NCBI GenBank assembly: GCA_964609735.1
Contig: CAZSTE010000001.1
Coordinates: forward strand, 5,052-69,051
Direction: 5' to 3'
Source: an uncultured bacterium
GTDB taxonomy: Bacteria; Ratteibacteria; UBA8468; B48-G9; DTJG01
DNA: 64,000 nt
Part shown: positions 9,069 through 18,425 of the stretch, in pieces
Layout: each line of letters opens with the position of its first letter
How positions within the stretch are numbered: the stretch's first letter is position 1
Program-made: the position numbers and the translations under genes
Notes under the pieces: generated by a model
Database searches by the model: none
Told to the model about the DNA's origin: nothing
The model's input: only the letters and a program-made list of their open reading frames with translations

Positions 9069-9608
9069 ATGAAGAAAAAGATTGTCATCGGCGTATGCGG
9101 ATCAATCGCTGCGTATAAGGTTGCTTTGTTAATAAGACAGCTACAGGATAAAAATTGGGATATCAAGGTGATTATGACAGAATCAGCCACAAGATTTATT
9201 ACGCCTTTGACATTAGAAACTCTTTCAAAAAATCAGGTTTATATTGATATGTTCAAAAAAGATTCTGCTTGGGAAATATCGCATATTTCCTTGAATGAAT
9301 TTGGGCAGATTTTGCTTGTTATGCCAGCGACAGCCAATATTATTGGAAAGATTGCGTCGGGAATTGCGGATGACCTGCTTTCTTCAACCGTTATGGCTTT
9401 TTCTGGCAGGGTTATTTTTGTGCCCGCGATGAATACGAAAATGTGGGAAAATCCCATTGTTCAGGAGAATGTTGAAAAATTGAAAAAATTTGGATATGGG
9501 TTTATTGGCCCTGAAAAGGGGAAGCTTTCAAATGGAACGATAGGCGCTGGACGGCTATCTGATATAGAAAAAATTATTAAGGTACTGGAAAAGATATCCC
9601 GCCATTAA
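9069..9608 (+). CDS. Standalone HFCD-family flavoprotein (phosphopantothenoylcysteine decarboxylase CoaC-like); no fused CoaB domain
   Basis: 179 aa. KIVIGVCGSIAAYKVALLIRQLQ flavin-binding N-terminus and PATANIIGKIASGIADDLL substrate-clamp region, both typical of CoaC/EpiD-type decarboxylases. Confidence 0.75.
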   Translation: MKKKIVIGVCGSIAAYKVALLIRQLQDKNWDIKVIMTESATRFITPLTLETLSKNQVYIDMFKKDSAWEISHISLNEFGQILLVMPATANIIGKIASGIADDLLSSTVMAFSGRVIFVPAMNTKMWENPIVQENVEKLKKFGYGFIGPEKGKLSNGTIGAGRLSDIEKIIKVLEKISRH

Positions 9609-9649
9609 TACGACGTAAAAATTACTTACTCAACCACCAGGAGGTTAAA

Positions 9650-11014
9650 ATGGGCAGAGCATATTTGCTTGAACCGAACCAGGTAAAACCTGTTGAAACA
9701 AAATACAGAAAAATCACAACAAAGATTCCTGTTCCGGAATCATTGCCTGTGCTTGAAAAACTGAGACAATGGGAACCGCGTTCAATGAGCGGCCAGCCAC
9801 TGGTTGTTTGGCATAAGGCAAAAGGAATAAACGTTTTTGATGCATATGGAAATATATGGCTTGATTTTTCTTCCGGGGTTCTTGTGGCAAACGCAGGACA
9901 TGGAAATCCAAGAATATGCAGGGCAATAAAAGAAATGGCATCAAGGCCATTGCTGCATAATTACTGTTTTCCAAGCGAAATAAGGGCCAATCTTGTTGAA
10001 AAAATAGGCCAAATTTCTCCAGAACCGCTTAAAAAGGTATTTCTTCTCACCACAGGATCAGAAGCCGTTGAATGCGCAATAAAACTGTGCCGAACAGCGG
10101 GAAAACTCATAAACCCTGCGAAAAAAATCATTATTTCTTTTGAAAACGCATTTCATGGACGAACACTCGGCGCTCAGATGATAGGCGGAACCCCGGCACT
10201 TAAGGAGTGGATAGGAAACATTGATCCTGACATGATCCAGGTTCCTTTCCCTGGCGACCCGAGGTTACAGGATAAAGGTTTTGATGTGTTTATTAATACC
10301 CTAAAAGAAAAAGGTGTAAATTTTGATAATATCTGCGGTGTGATATCTGAAACATTTCAGGGTGGTAATGCCGCATTTATGCCTGTTGAATATGCAAAAA
10401 AATTAAGGCAGTTTTGTAATGAACACAAGGCACTTCTGGTTTTTGACGAGATACAGGCGGGTTTTGGAAGAACAGGAAAACTGTGGGGATTCCAGAATTA
10501 TGAAATATTGCCGGATATCTTTACACTTGGAAAGGGTATTTCAAGCGGATTGCCGCTTTCAGCGGTTGTTGGAAGAACAGATATTATGGATTTATATGAA
10601 GCCGGAACCATGACAAGCACCCATACAGGCAATCCCATTTGTTCTGTTGCTGCTTTGAATAGTATCAATTTTATTACAGAGAAAAACTTAATGGCCAATG
10701 CGGAAAAAATGGGAAGGGTTTTTGAAAAGGAACTTGGCAGAATAAAGGATAAATTCCCGGTGGTTGGATTTCTTTGCGGGAAAGGGCTTGTTTGGGCTCT
10801 TAGCATTGTTAGGCCTGGCACTATAGAGCCGGATGGAGACCTTGCATTTGATATAGTAAGACGATGTGTAGAAAAGGGGTTGTTGTTATTTGCTCCTGTT
10901 GGTTTTGGCGGGGCTTCAGTGAAGATTGCGCCACCTCTTATCATTAAAAAGGATGCCATTATTGAAGGTTGTTCTGTGATTGAAGAAGCAATCAGCGAGG
11001 CGTGTTCATCCTAA
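9650..11014 (+). CDS. Class-III PLP-dependent aminotransferase (ornithine/GABA/acetylornithine aminotransferase family)
   Basis: 454 aa. TGSEAVECAIKL and DEIQAGFGRTGKLWGF motifs. Strong SD (CCAGGAGG) upstream. Confidence 0.85.
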   Translation: MGRAYLLEPNQVKPVETKYRKITTKIPVPESLPVLEKLRQWEPRSMSGQPLVVWHKAKGINVFDAYGNIWLDFSSGVLVANAGHGNPRICRAIKEMASRPLLHNYCFPSEIRANLVEKIGQISPEPLKKVFLLTTGSEAVECAIKLCRTAGKLINPAKKIIISFENAFHGRTLGAQMIGGTPALKEWIGNIDPDMIQVPFPGDPRLQDKGFDVFINTLKEKGVNFDNICGVISETFQGGNAAFMPVEYAKKLRQFCNEHKALLVFDEIQAGFGRTGKLWGFQNYEILPDIFTLGKGISSGLPLSAVVGRTDIMDLYEAGTMTSTHTGNPICSVAALNSINFITEKNLMANAEKMGRVFEKELGRIKDKFPVVGFLCGKGLVWALSIVRPGTIEPDGDLAFDIVRRCVEKGLLLFAPVGFGGASVKIAPPLIIKKDAIIEGCSVIEEAISEACSS

Positions 11015-11025
11015 CAGGGAAAATA

Positions 11026-11982
11026 ATGAACGTGGGTTTACTTGGATATAGCGGCAGCGGAAAGACAAGTCTTGTGGCTTTTCTTTCAGGAAAAAGGCAT
11101 GAAAGTTTTGATCCATTAAAACCGTCTGTTGTTACGGTTAAAATATCAGACAGCCGTCTTAAGGTTCTTGCAGAAATGGCAGAAGCGCAAAAAATTACAG
11201 AGTCAGAGATAAATTTTATTGATATAAAAGGGAGTCCTGAATCTGTGGGGTTTGATGAAAAGATTATTGAAATTGCTCTGCAATCAGATGTTATTGCTTT
11301 TGTTATTGGTGCCTTTTCAGAACAAAAAAATCCCTGTGATGAACTTGATTCCCTTTATCTGGAGATGATTTTTCGGGATGATGAACGATTGAAAAATATT
11401 ATGGAAAAGAGACAACAAGAAATTTTACAGGGCAAAAGAAATAAAAATGAGCAGGAAGAGCTTTTGCGCAAGTATAAGACATTTCTTGAACAGGAACGAT
11501 TTCTTTTCTCCATGAATCTTGATGAAAAAGAAAGGGTGTTTCTTGCCTCACTCGGGATGATAACAATAAAAAGAATTTTTGTCATTGCCAACGGCGCCAG
11601 GATGAAAAAACAGATTGAAGAAAAGTGTAAAAATTATAATTTGGAATTATGCCAGATAGATGTGGAAAACCATTCAACAGAAGCTGTTGAAGAGTTCTGG
11701 AGCCAGTTTTTAAAGGCAGCCGGCCTTTTAAGATTTTATACCGTCGGTAGAAAAGAAACAAAGGCGTGGCTTTTGCCAGAAGGAGCCACACTGCTTGATG
11801 CGGCTGCAGCCATTCATACGGATATAGCAAAAGGTTTTGTGAGGGCGGATGTTGTAAGCTACGAAGATTTTATTTCTGCAGGTTCTTTATCTGTCTGTAG
11901 AGAAAAAGGACTTTTACGAAGCGAAGGAAAAACAGGATTGGCAAAGGATGGAGATATTGTCCATATCCATTCAACAATCTAA
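11026..11982 (+). CDS. YchF/Obg-family P-loop protein with a C-terminal TGS domain and degenerate G-motifs
   Basis: The C-terminus KAWLLPEGATLLDAAAAIHTDIAKGFVRADVVSYEDF...DGDIVHI aligns with the YchF TGS domain. The N-terminal P-loop is GYSGSGKTS. The G3 (DIKGSP, not DxxG) and G4 regions are not canonical. Start placed at the ATG of MNVGLL; the track start is a GTG that overlaps the aminotransferase stop. Confidence 0.7.
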   Translation: MNVGLLGYSGSGKTSLVAFLSGKRHESFDPLKPSVVTVKISDSRLKVLAEMAEAQKITESEINFIDIKGSPESVGFDEKIIEIALQSDVIAFVIGAFSEQKNPCDELDSLYLEMIFRDDERLKNIMEKRQQEILQGKRNKNEQEELLRKYKTFLEQERFLFSMNLDEKERVFLASLGMITIKRIFVIANGARMKKQIEEKCKNYNLELCQIDVENHSTEAVEEFWSQFLKAAGLLRFYTVGRKETKAWLLPEGATLLDAAAAIHTDIAKGFVRADVVSYEDFISAGSLSVCREKGLLRSEGKTGLAKDGDIVHIHSTI

Positions 11983-12007
11983 CAATAGGTAATTACAGCG
12001 CAAAATA

Positions 12008-12658
12008 TTATAACCAGTTTTGTTGTTTCCAATAGCGATATTCTTCCTGCCAATCTTTCTTTCTCGCCATTACAATATGTTTGAAATGTTGTTTGCTTTG
12101 TTCTATAATCCTCATCTGTCCTTTGAAAATTTTTTTCTTCTGGATTGCTTCTTGAAGTTTTTTCCCCAAAAGGACTGCGATTTTCTTTTTCTCGTCCGCC
12201 AGCGGCACCCTGGAGAATACACCGCCAACAAACTGTGAACCGCAACTAAAAGCATAATGTTTAATGTAATCAATAACAGGTTTATCGTATCCGCTTCCAG
12301 AAGAGACAACGCCAACTGCGTATTTGCCCAACAATCTTTTACAATGTAGAAAATGGGTTGAACGGTCAAAAAGCGCCTTCATGGACGCGGTAACACAATT
12401 GATATAATTAGGACTGGCAAGTATTAAGCCATCTGCCTCAAGCATCCTGTTCATTATAAACGAAACATCGTCTTTCAATGGGCAGTCCATTATCCTGCTG
12501 TGGCATCGTTCGCAATGTATACAAAATTTTATGTTACAATCGCAAAGATGTATGATTTCACAATCGGCATTATTGCATCCTTTCAAAATCTCACCCGCAA
12601 GCGCAAATGTCTGACTTTTATTTTTTCTTGGGCTGGCTGAAATAAGAAGTATTTTCAT
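12008..12658 (-). CDS. Iron-sulfur flavoprotein (Isf-like, NADPH-dependent FMN reductase fold)
   Basis: 216 aa. MKILLISASPRKNKSQT flavodoxin-like N-terminus plus a compact cysteine cluster (CDCNIKFCIHCERC). Confidence 0.72.
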   Translation of the reverse strand: MKILLISASPRKNKSQTFALAGEILKGCNNADCEIIHLCDCNIKFCIHCERCHSRIMDCPLKDDVSFIMNRMLEADGLILASPNYINCVTASMKALFDRSTHFLHCKRLLGKYAVGVVSSGSGYDKPVIDYIKHYAFSCGSQFVGGVFSRVPLADEKKKIAVLLGKKLQEAIQKKKIFKGQMRIIEQSKQHFKHIVMARKKDWQEEYRYWKQQNWL

Positions 12659-12690
12659 TTTTCATTCTCCCTTTTTATACAAAAATATTA

Positions 12691-14040
12691 CTAAACCGAC
12701 TGTATTTTTTCTCCTCGCACATAAACAGAATCTATTTTAAGTTTATATCTTCCCTGTTTTTCTTCAATATTTCCAACAACAATATCGGCGTATTTGCCAT
12801 TTTTTAATTCCCCTGTATTAAGATTTTCCCCATGGTTTTTCTTTATCATTTTTGCGATATTTGTTGAACAACACATGCTTGTCATACACAGGGCCTTTTC
12901 AAAATTAATTGCAGGATGATGTTTATGCCAGATTCCTGGCATTGGTTTTGCGAGATACGAAAGGAGATTTGAGAAAACCTTATCCATGGTTGCAACGCTT
13001 CCAAAAAGGGTAAAAGGTCCCTTGTCTGTTACATAAACATATTCATAGTTTTTGTCTACAGTGCCTTTTATTCCATCACAGGTAAAGTTTTTTATACCCT
13101 TTGATTGGCTTACAAAAATTGCATCGGTTATGGCCATAATTGAAGAAGGATTTTTTCTCGCAAATATTTCTCTTATATACCAAGGCGCCACATGATATCC
13201 ATCAATAATCACCTCCAGCATGATATCAAGGGTAAGCGCTGCTTCCAGAGCGCCCCCGCCAAAAAAATTTTTGTATATGTTTCCTGTGGGTCCGTTAAGA
13301 AAATGGATAAAATATTTAAGTCCAGCTGCCACGGCGGTTTCAAATTGTTGATATGTGGCGGCGGTATGGCCGGCGCCGACTGAAACGCCTTTGGATACAA
13401 GATATTCAATAAATTTAAATGATTTTTTGCCATATTCAGGGGCGACATTTACCAGTTTTGCCAGACCTGTTTCATTGATGTCATCAAAAATATGTTTATC
13501 CGGCTGGAAGACATATCGCGGATTCATCGCTCCCTGATTTAAAGGATTGATAAATGTGCCTTCTATCATCGCTCCTTCATAAAATTTAGCCTCCCACGAA
13601 TCTTTATTGGATTTTATAAAGTTTTCAAGCTGTCTTAAACAAAATTTTATTTTTTTTATGGGTATTGCTGTTGTTGAGCCATATAGTTTTGTTACGCCTG
13701 TTGAAGCGCGCAGATGAGCCCATCTTTTAAGTTCTTCCTGATATATCCCACTGGATGATTCAAACCGTTTTTTTGAAGGATTATATCTACCACGATAAAA
13801 AGAAAAAAGCCCGGCTCCATGGGTATGAAGTTCAATAAAACCGGGGAAAACATATTTCCCTTTAAGGTCGATAGCGTCCTTGACTTTTCCTGGTTTTGTT
13901 TTTTCAATATAAATATATTCTCCATTGATAACGATATCAAGCCCTTTTTTTAAGCCGAATTCTGTGCACAAGATTCCATTTGTAAGACGCATCATATCTC
14001 CAAATAAAAATTTAAAAAATGGCTGTTTATATTCAATCAA
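12691..14040 (-). CDS. Amidohydrolase-superfamily protein (NagA/dihydroorotase-like metal-dependent hydrolase)
   Basis: 449 aa with a PGFIELHTHGAG metal-binding HxH motif near the N-terminus. Confidence 0.65.
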   Translation of the reverse strand: MIEYKQPFFKFLFGDMMRLTNGILCTEFGLKKGLDIVINGEYIYIEKTKPGKVKDAIDLKGKYVFPGFIELHTHGAGLFSFYRGRYNPSKKRFESSSGIYQEELKRWAHLRASTGVTKLYGSTTAIPIKKIKFCLRQLENFIKSNKDSWEAKFYEGAMIEGTFINPLNQGAMNPRYVFQPDKHIFDDINETGLAKLVNVAPEYGKKSFKFIEYLVSKGVSVGAGHTAATYQQFETAVAAGLKYFIHFLNGPTGNIYKNFFGGGALEAALTLDIMLEVIIDGYHVAPWYIREIFARKNPSSIMAITDAIFVSQSKGIKNFTCDGIKGTVDKNYEYVYVTDKGPFTLFGSVATMDKVFSNLLSYLAKPMPGIWHKHHPAINFEKALCMTSMCCSTNIAKMIKKNHGENLNTGELKNGKYADIVVGNIEEKQGRYKLKIDSVYVRGEKIQSV

Positions 14041-14157
14041 AAATTGTCTGGTTTGTAAAATGATAAATAAAAAAGATTTTCCTGTAAAATCCAGCGCTTT
14101 TTATAAAAGGTCTAAAATTATATAAAATATAAAATAAAGGATAAAACATAAGACAAA

Positions 14158-14802
14158 ATGAGTATTTTTGCGATTGCGATTACATCTTTTATTGTGGCTT
14201 TTTCAGGAGCGATAAGCCCGGGCCCATTGCTTGCGGTAACCATTAACAGTTCTTTTACAAACGGCGCAAAGGCAGGACCCCTTTTAATCACAGGGCATTC
14301 CATTCTGGAGTTATTGTTGGTTGTTTTGCTTGTTGCCGGTCTTGGAAAATATATAAGAGAGCCTGTTTTTATAAACCTTTTCAGCATTATGGGAGGGGGT
14401 ATTCTTATATGGATGGCTTTTAATACGATACAGCCCTTTGTTAATGTGGGACAATTGGAGATTCACCAAAAAAATCGTGGTGGTTTTATTTCAAGTGGAA
14501 TTTTTGTAAGTTTGGCTAATCCCTACTGGATTATATGGTGGGCAACAATTGGGCTTACCTATCTTTCACTCGCGGCGCCAAGAGGATTTGCTGGATTTGC
14601 AGCCTTTTTTATCGGGCATATTTCCGCAGATTTTTTGTGGTACAGTATTGCTTCTTTTTCAATAGGCAGAGGAAAATACAAAATAACGCCGCGCATCTAC
14701 CGGCGTATTTCTGCTTTCTGCGCGGTATTTCTTGCGGTGTTTGGCGTATTGTTTATATTAAAAGGAATGATCTACAATATGGCTATTGTGTCTGTTGAAT
14801 AA
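14158..14802 (+). CDS. LysE/RhtB-family amino-acid exporter
   Basis: 214 aa with six TM helices; the N-terminus AISPGPLLAVTI is typical of LysE-type translocators. Confidence 0.8.
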   Translation: MSIFAIAITSFIVAFSGAISPGPLLAVTINSSFTNGAKAGPLLITGHSILELLLVVLLVAGLGKYIREPVFINLFSIMGGGILIWMAFNTIQPFVNVGQLEIHQKNRGGFISSGIFVSLANPYWIIWWATIGLTYLSLAAPRGFAGFAAFFIGHISADFLWYSIASFSIGRGKYKITPRIYRRISAFCAVFLAVFGVLFILKGMIYNMAIVSVE

Positions 14803-15967
14803 TGTATTCCACACTTTTTTTAAACCACCAGAGATATTTGTTTAATTCCGGACTATTGAAATTATCCACAAATGGCTGGCCATATTTATTCATTTCTGTT
14901 CCGCAGATTACAGGGATATTCATTCTGATGCAGGTTGAAAGAAAGATATCAAGATTCGTTACCTTTATTGCCTTTTCTTTCGGGTCTTTGATATTCCAGT
15001 TTCTCTCAGGGATAATGTTGACAATGTTTATTCCTGTTGAAGATAGAAACTGAAGAAATTGTTCAGGGTCTTTTTCTCCTTCGTTTGTGCCATCAAGCCA
15101 ATTACCAATCACAATCCCGCTGCCTTTCATTGCCATATCTACAAACTCATCAATTGTTGGAAATGTTTTTGGTTCTGGTTTAACATAGCCCGGGCCTCCG
15201 TTTTTTACAAGCACAGAACGTATCTTTTCCATAAAATCGCCCATGTTTTCTTTTTTCATTGTTGCAACCGCATTGGGAGATATCTTCAATATGTCAGCCC
15301 AAAAGGCATCAGATGATATATCAGGAATTTTTTCAGATTTTTCAATATACGCTTTTATGATGTGTCTTTCAGTGGGATTATTTGAGGGTGTTAACGGATA
15401 AACATCGGTTTGGTAATCAATCACAACAGGAAAAAGAAAATTGTTGAGTTTTTCAACCACCTTCTTGTTTCTGTCTTCGGCAATCTGGCGAAGTTTTTTA
15501 TATATTTTTCCTGCATCGGAATTTTTATCGGGAACCCTGTTAAATCCAAATCCGTTTATATAATATACGCCTGGTTCGCCTGGAGAATTTATTACGGCCT
15601 GGGACAATGATGGCACATAAACCCGGGTTTCAATCCCGACAATGGCCGGCACCCCAAAAAGTTTTGACGAAAGTAGTGTTTCTTCAACAGCTTCAAGCGT
15701 ATCAAAATCAACAATACCGATATGTGTCAATCCGATTTTGTATGCCTCAAGGGTGATTCTTGAAGGGGACCAGTTTTTATAGTTGAATGAATGAAAGGAG
15801 TGTATATGCATGTTATCATAGGGATATTGTTGACCCTTTTGAATTTTGTTGTTTTTGATAAGCTCGGCAACATTAAAAATGGCCTCATGCCTTTTTTTTA
15901 CATCAAAATGGGAAAGTGTATCAATCATATTTTCCATTCCGCACCTTTTTATATAATTTTTGTTCAA
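14783..15967 (-). CDS. PHP-domain metal-dependent phosphoesterase with a ~200-aa insertion
   Basis: HIHSFHSFN...ITLEAYKIGLTHIGIVDFDT is the N-terminal PHP motif set, and ICGTEMN is the C-terminal PHP motif. It overlaps the upstream transglutaminase-like gene. Confidence 0.62.
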   Translation of the reverse strand: MNKNYIKRCGMENMIDTLSHFDVKKRHEAIFNVAELIKNNKIQKGQQYPYDNMHIHSFHSFNYKNWSPSRITLEAYKIGLTHIGIVDFDTLEAVEETLLSSKLFGVPAIVGIETRVYVPSLSQAVINSPGEPGVYYINGFGFNRVPDKNSDAGKIYKKLRQIAEDRNKKVVEKLNNFLFPVVIDYQTDVYPLTPSNNPTERHIIKAYIEKSEKIPDISSDAFWADILKISPNAVATMKKENMGDFMEKIRSVLVKNGGPGYVKPEPKTFPTIDEFVDMAMKGSGIVIGNWLDGTNEGEKDPEQFLQFLSSTGINIVNIIPERNWNIKDPKEKAIKVTNLDIFLSTCIRMNIPVICGTEMNKYGQPFVDNFNSPELNKYLWWFKKSVEYIIQQTQ

Positions 15968-16574
15968 TAAATAGATTTGCTCTTTGGATAAGAGGGTCTG
16001 TCCAGAATCTTACCTGCGATAGATAAAGGTCAATATTTGAATATAATCCCTGGTCTTCAATAAGCCAATCCTGTGCCATTTGAACAGGCGTTTTTTTATC
16101 CCATGGCGTATGTTGCCATATTGCGGAATTTTTATAGAAGGTTGTGTAAATTTCTTTATCCACCGTTGTGTCAAGGGATAGCCAGTTATTGTTGATGAAC
16201 ACCTTTGCAAAAACATGAACAGTGTGGTTATTGACCATTTCAAAAATATCATCCGGAAGCAATGGCTTAAGGATTTCTTTTTTTATAAGATACACGCCAT
16301 ATCCCGCAGGAATCCCACAACCGCGCAGAAGGGCTATCTGAAGATTTGCTTTATTAAAACAGTTGCCTGTTTTTTTCTTCAATGTTTCAGAGGCGTATCT
16401 CCATGGGTAATCAAATCTATATTTGATTGTGTCCCTGACAAAATTAAATATGTCTGCAATGGCCTCGAGCATGCTTAAATATCTGTAATTTTTACAAAAA
16501 TCCGTTATTGGTTGCGACCAGCAATCACAATATTTTGTCTGTTTAATATATTCTTCTGACACATAATTTTTCAT
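15921..16574 (-). CDS. Transglutaminase-like cysteine-protease-fold protein
   Basis: 217 aa; TGNCFNKANLQIALLRGCGIPAGY matches the transglutaminase-like core (catalytic Cys in GNC). Confidence 0.7.
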   Translation of the reverse strand: MKNYVSEEYIKQTKYCDCWSQPITDFCKNYRYLSMLEAIADIFNFVRDTIKYRFDYPWRYASETLKKKTGNCFNKANLQIALLRGCGIPAGYGVYLIKKEILKPLLPDDIFEMVNNHTVHVFAKVFINNNWLSLDTTVDKEIYTTFYKNSAIWQHTPWDKKTPVQMAQDWLIEDQGLYSNIDLYLSQVRFWTDPLIQRANLFIEQKLYKKVRNGKYD

Positions 16575-16639
16575 ATTTTCTTTGATTGGTTGTATAATAA
16601 TTATAGGTTATTTATAAATATTTTACACAAGGATGATGT

Positions 16640-17005
16640 ATGCGCAAAATAATAATGCAGTGTGGGATTTTCATGACAACATTTTTTTTATGCGGCTGCG
16701 CGCATTATTCAACAAATAATAATTTTTTTGAAGATCTGGAATTCCGAATGGATTTTGCCATGGAGCATGATGAATTTCCACCAGATGTGAGGCAGGCGAT
16801 TGTTGAAGGAAAAATTTTGCCTGGGATGAATCAGGATTTGATAAGAACAATATTTGGCGATCCAGAGGAAACATACATGTCAGAAACAGAAATGTTTGAG
16901 ATGTGGTACTATGAAAATTTTACTTTTGGTTTTGATAAAAACGGCAACCTTGTCACAATCTTTGAATCAGACAATATAAAACACAAAAAACAATTGTCCA
17001 GGTAA
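16640..17005 (+). CDS. Small secreted protein, possible lipoprotein, unknown function
   Basis: 121 aa with signal peptide MRKIIMQCGIFMTTFFLCGC; the lipobox LCGC is atypical. AAGGATGA SD upstream. Confidence 0.5.
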   Translation: MRKIIMQCGIFMTTFFLCGCAHYSTNNNFFEDLEFRMDFAMEHDEFPPDVRQAIVEGKILPGMNQDLIRTIFGDPEETYMSETEMFEMWYYENFTFGFDKNGNLVTIFESDNIKHKKQLSR

Positions 17006-17037
17006 TCTTCGACTGCGAATAATTACCATTTTTTAAT

Positions 17038-18180
17038 TTATTTTTTTATGTTTGGGTCGGTTTGAATCTGCGGATGTAGTGTTTTTTTGTTTCTTGATTT
17101 TTCTATCATTTCACCAATAAATTTATCATACTCATCCCTATCAACAGGTGTTTCAACTGTTTTGTTTTTTAATCCCGAAAGCAGGCAGGCGTTTATAAAC
17201 TCAACAGATTTTAGCCCTTCAATTCCTGGGGCTATGAGCGATTCTCCATCGGTTATAGCCCGGCAGAAATTTTTTATGATTGTTCCGTGGCTTGCGTCTG
17301 TTTCAGGAATGTTTATCTGCTGTTCTGTTACCTCGGGAGATGCCCACATGCTTTTGTTTGTAACAGTAAATTCACTTATCGGGATAGATGTTGAGAAAAA
17401 TTTTAATTGAGTATCAGTAAGAATCATCTTGCCCTTGTCTCCAGCAATTTCAAGGTAAGAAATGCAGGGAACCTCATTGGTGCTTGTGTAATAATACCCC
17501 CAGGCGCCATTTTCATATTCAAGGAAAACACTTACCTCGTCTTCAACCTCTATATTATGAAGGCGGGTTCTTACTTTTGCCTGGAATTTCTTTGGCAATC
17601 CTGCAAGCATAATAAAGATATCAATCATATGCGGGGCCTGATTGATTAACACCCCGCCGCCTTCTCCTTTCCATGTCGCCCGCCATAAACCGCTATCGTA
17701 ATATGCCTGAGAACGATACCATGGGTTAGAAAGAAGTGTTCTTTTAATTTCGCCAAGCCTGCCATCCGCAATAATCTGTTTTGCGGCAATAAACAGCCCT
17801 CTGTTTCTCATTTGATACATAACAGCAAATACCCTGCCTGTTTTTTTTGCCGCCTCAACCATCGCATCTGCCTGTTTCACGGTAACCGCTATTGGTTTTT
17901 CGCTCAGGACATGAAGGCCTTTTTCCATTGCATAAACAGCGATTTCAGGATGAAAATAATGAGGGGTGGCGATAATTACTGCCTCTGTTATTCCGCTATC
18001 AATAAGTTTTCTATGGTCTGTAAAATATTTAACCGCGTGTTGTTCAGCCACCTGTTTTGCTCTTGTTTCTTCAGTATCGCAAACTGCCACAAGTTCTGCT
18101 TCTTCAATCTGTTTTATAACGTTTGCATGGGCCTGGCCCATTCCTCCGATCCCTATAATACCTATCTTAACCTTTTTCAT
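17038..18180 (-). CDS. Gfo/Idh/MocA-family NAD(P)-dependent oxidoreductase
   Basis: KIGIIGIGGMGQAHA Rossmann motif plus a C-terminal GFO-type alpha/beta domain. Start re-picked at the ATG of MKKVKIG, which has a GGAGA SD. Confidence 0.85.
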   Translation of the reverse strand: MKKVKIGIIGIGGMGQAHANVIKQIEEAELVAVCDTEETRAKQVAEQHAVKYFTDHRKLIDSGITEAVIIATPHYFHPEIAVYAMEKGLHVLSEKPIAVTVKQADAMVEAAKKTGRVFAVMYQMRNRGLFIAAKQIIADGRLGEIKRTLLSNPWYRSQAYYDSGLWRATWKGEGGGVLINQAPHMIDIFIMLAGLPKKFQAKVRTRLHNIEVEDEVSVFLEYENGAWGYYYTSTNEVPCISYLEIAGDKGKMILTDTQLKFFSTSIPISEFTVTNKSMWASPEVTEQQINIPETDASHGTIIKNFCRAITDGESLIAPGIEGLKSVEFINACLLSGLKNKTVETPVDRDEYDKFIGEMIEKSRNKKTLHPQIQTDPNIKK

Positions 18181-18425
18181 TATTGTCTCCATTCTTTTTA
18201 TAAAAATTGAATAATATTTAATTATAACAAAAATTATTCTAAAATCCATTGGCATCCATTTTGGGTGGGAATTGATTTTGTTTGACATTATTTTATAATA
18301 AGCGGTATAATATTTTTATAAATACAAAAACCGCATTAACATGATTGAAACTTTTTTAAATCAATTTCATCTAAATTAACTGACAATTTAGAATTTCTAC
18401 CTATTTTCATAAAAAGGAGGATGGC

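Noticed and set aside
11002-11025. Track start MFILTGKI for the YchF-like gene, and similar N-terminal extensions (rpsF MEEL, mlaD METY, rpsR MKIFSFW, Gfo MSNKINSH..., giant-fragment MRISS)
   Set aside because: These begin at GTG or TTG codons or lack an SD. In each case a downstream ATG with a GGAGG-type SD and a homology-consistent N-terminus is present, so I used the shorter starts.
12112-12369. - strand ORFs 11979..12245 and 12112..12369 overlapping the Isf flavoprotein gene in other frames
   Set aside because: They lie inside or alongside the well-supported isf reading frame and have Arg/Lys-rich low-complexity translations, so they are spurious.
18289-18425. CIRCE/HrcA operator upstream of groES
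   Set aside because: I searched both strands by eye for TTAGCACTC / GAGTGCTAA and found nothing close; I report only a sigma70-like promoter.
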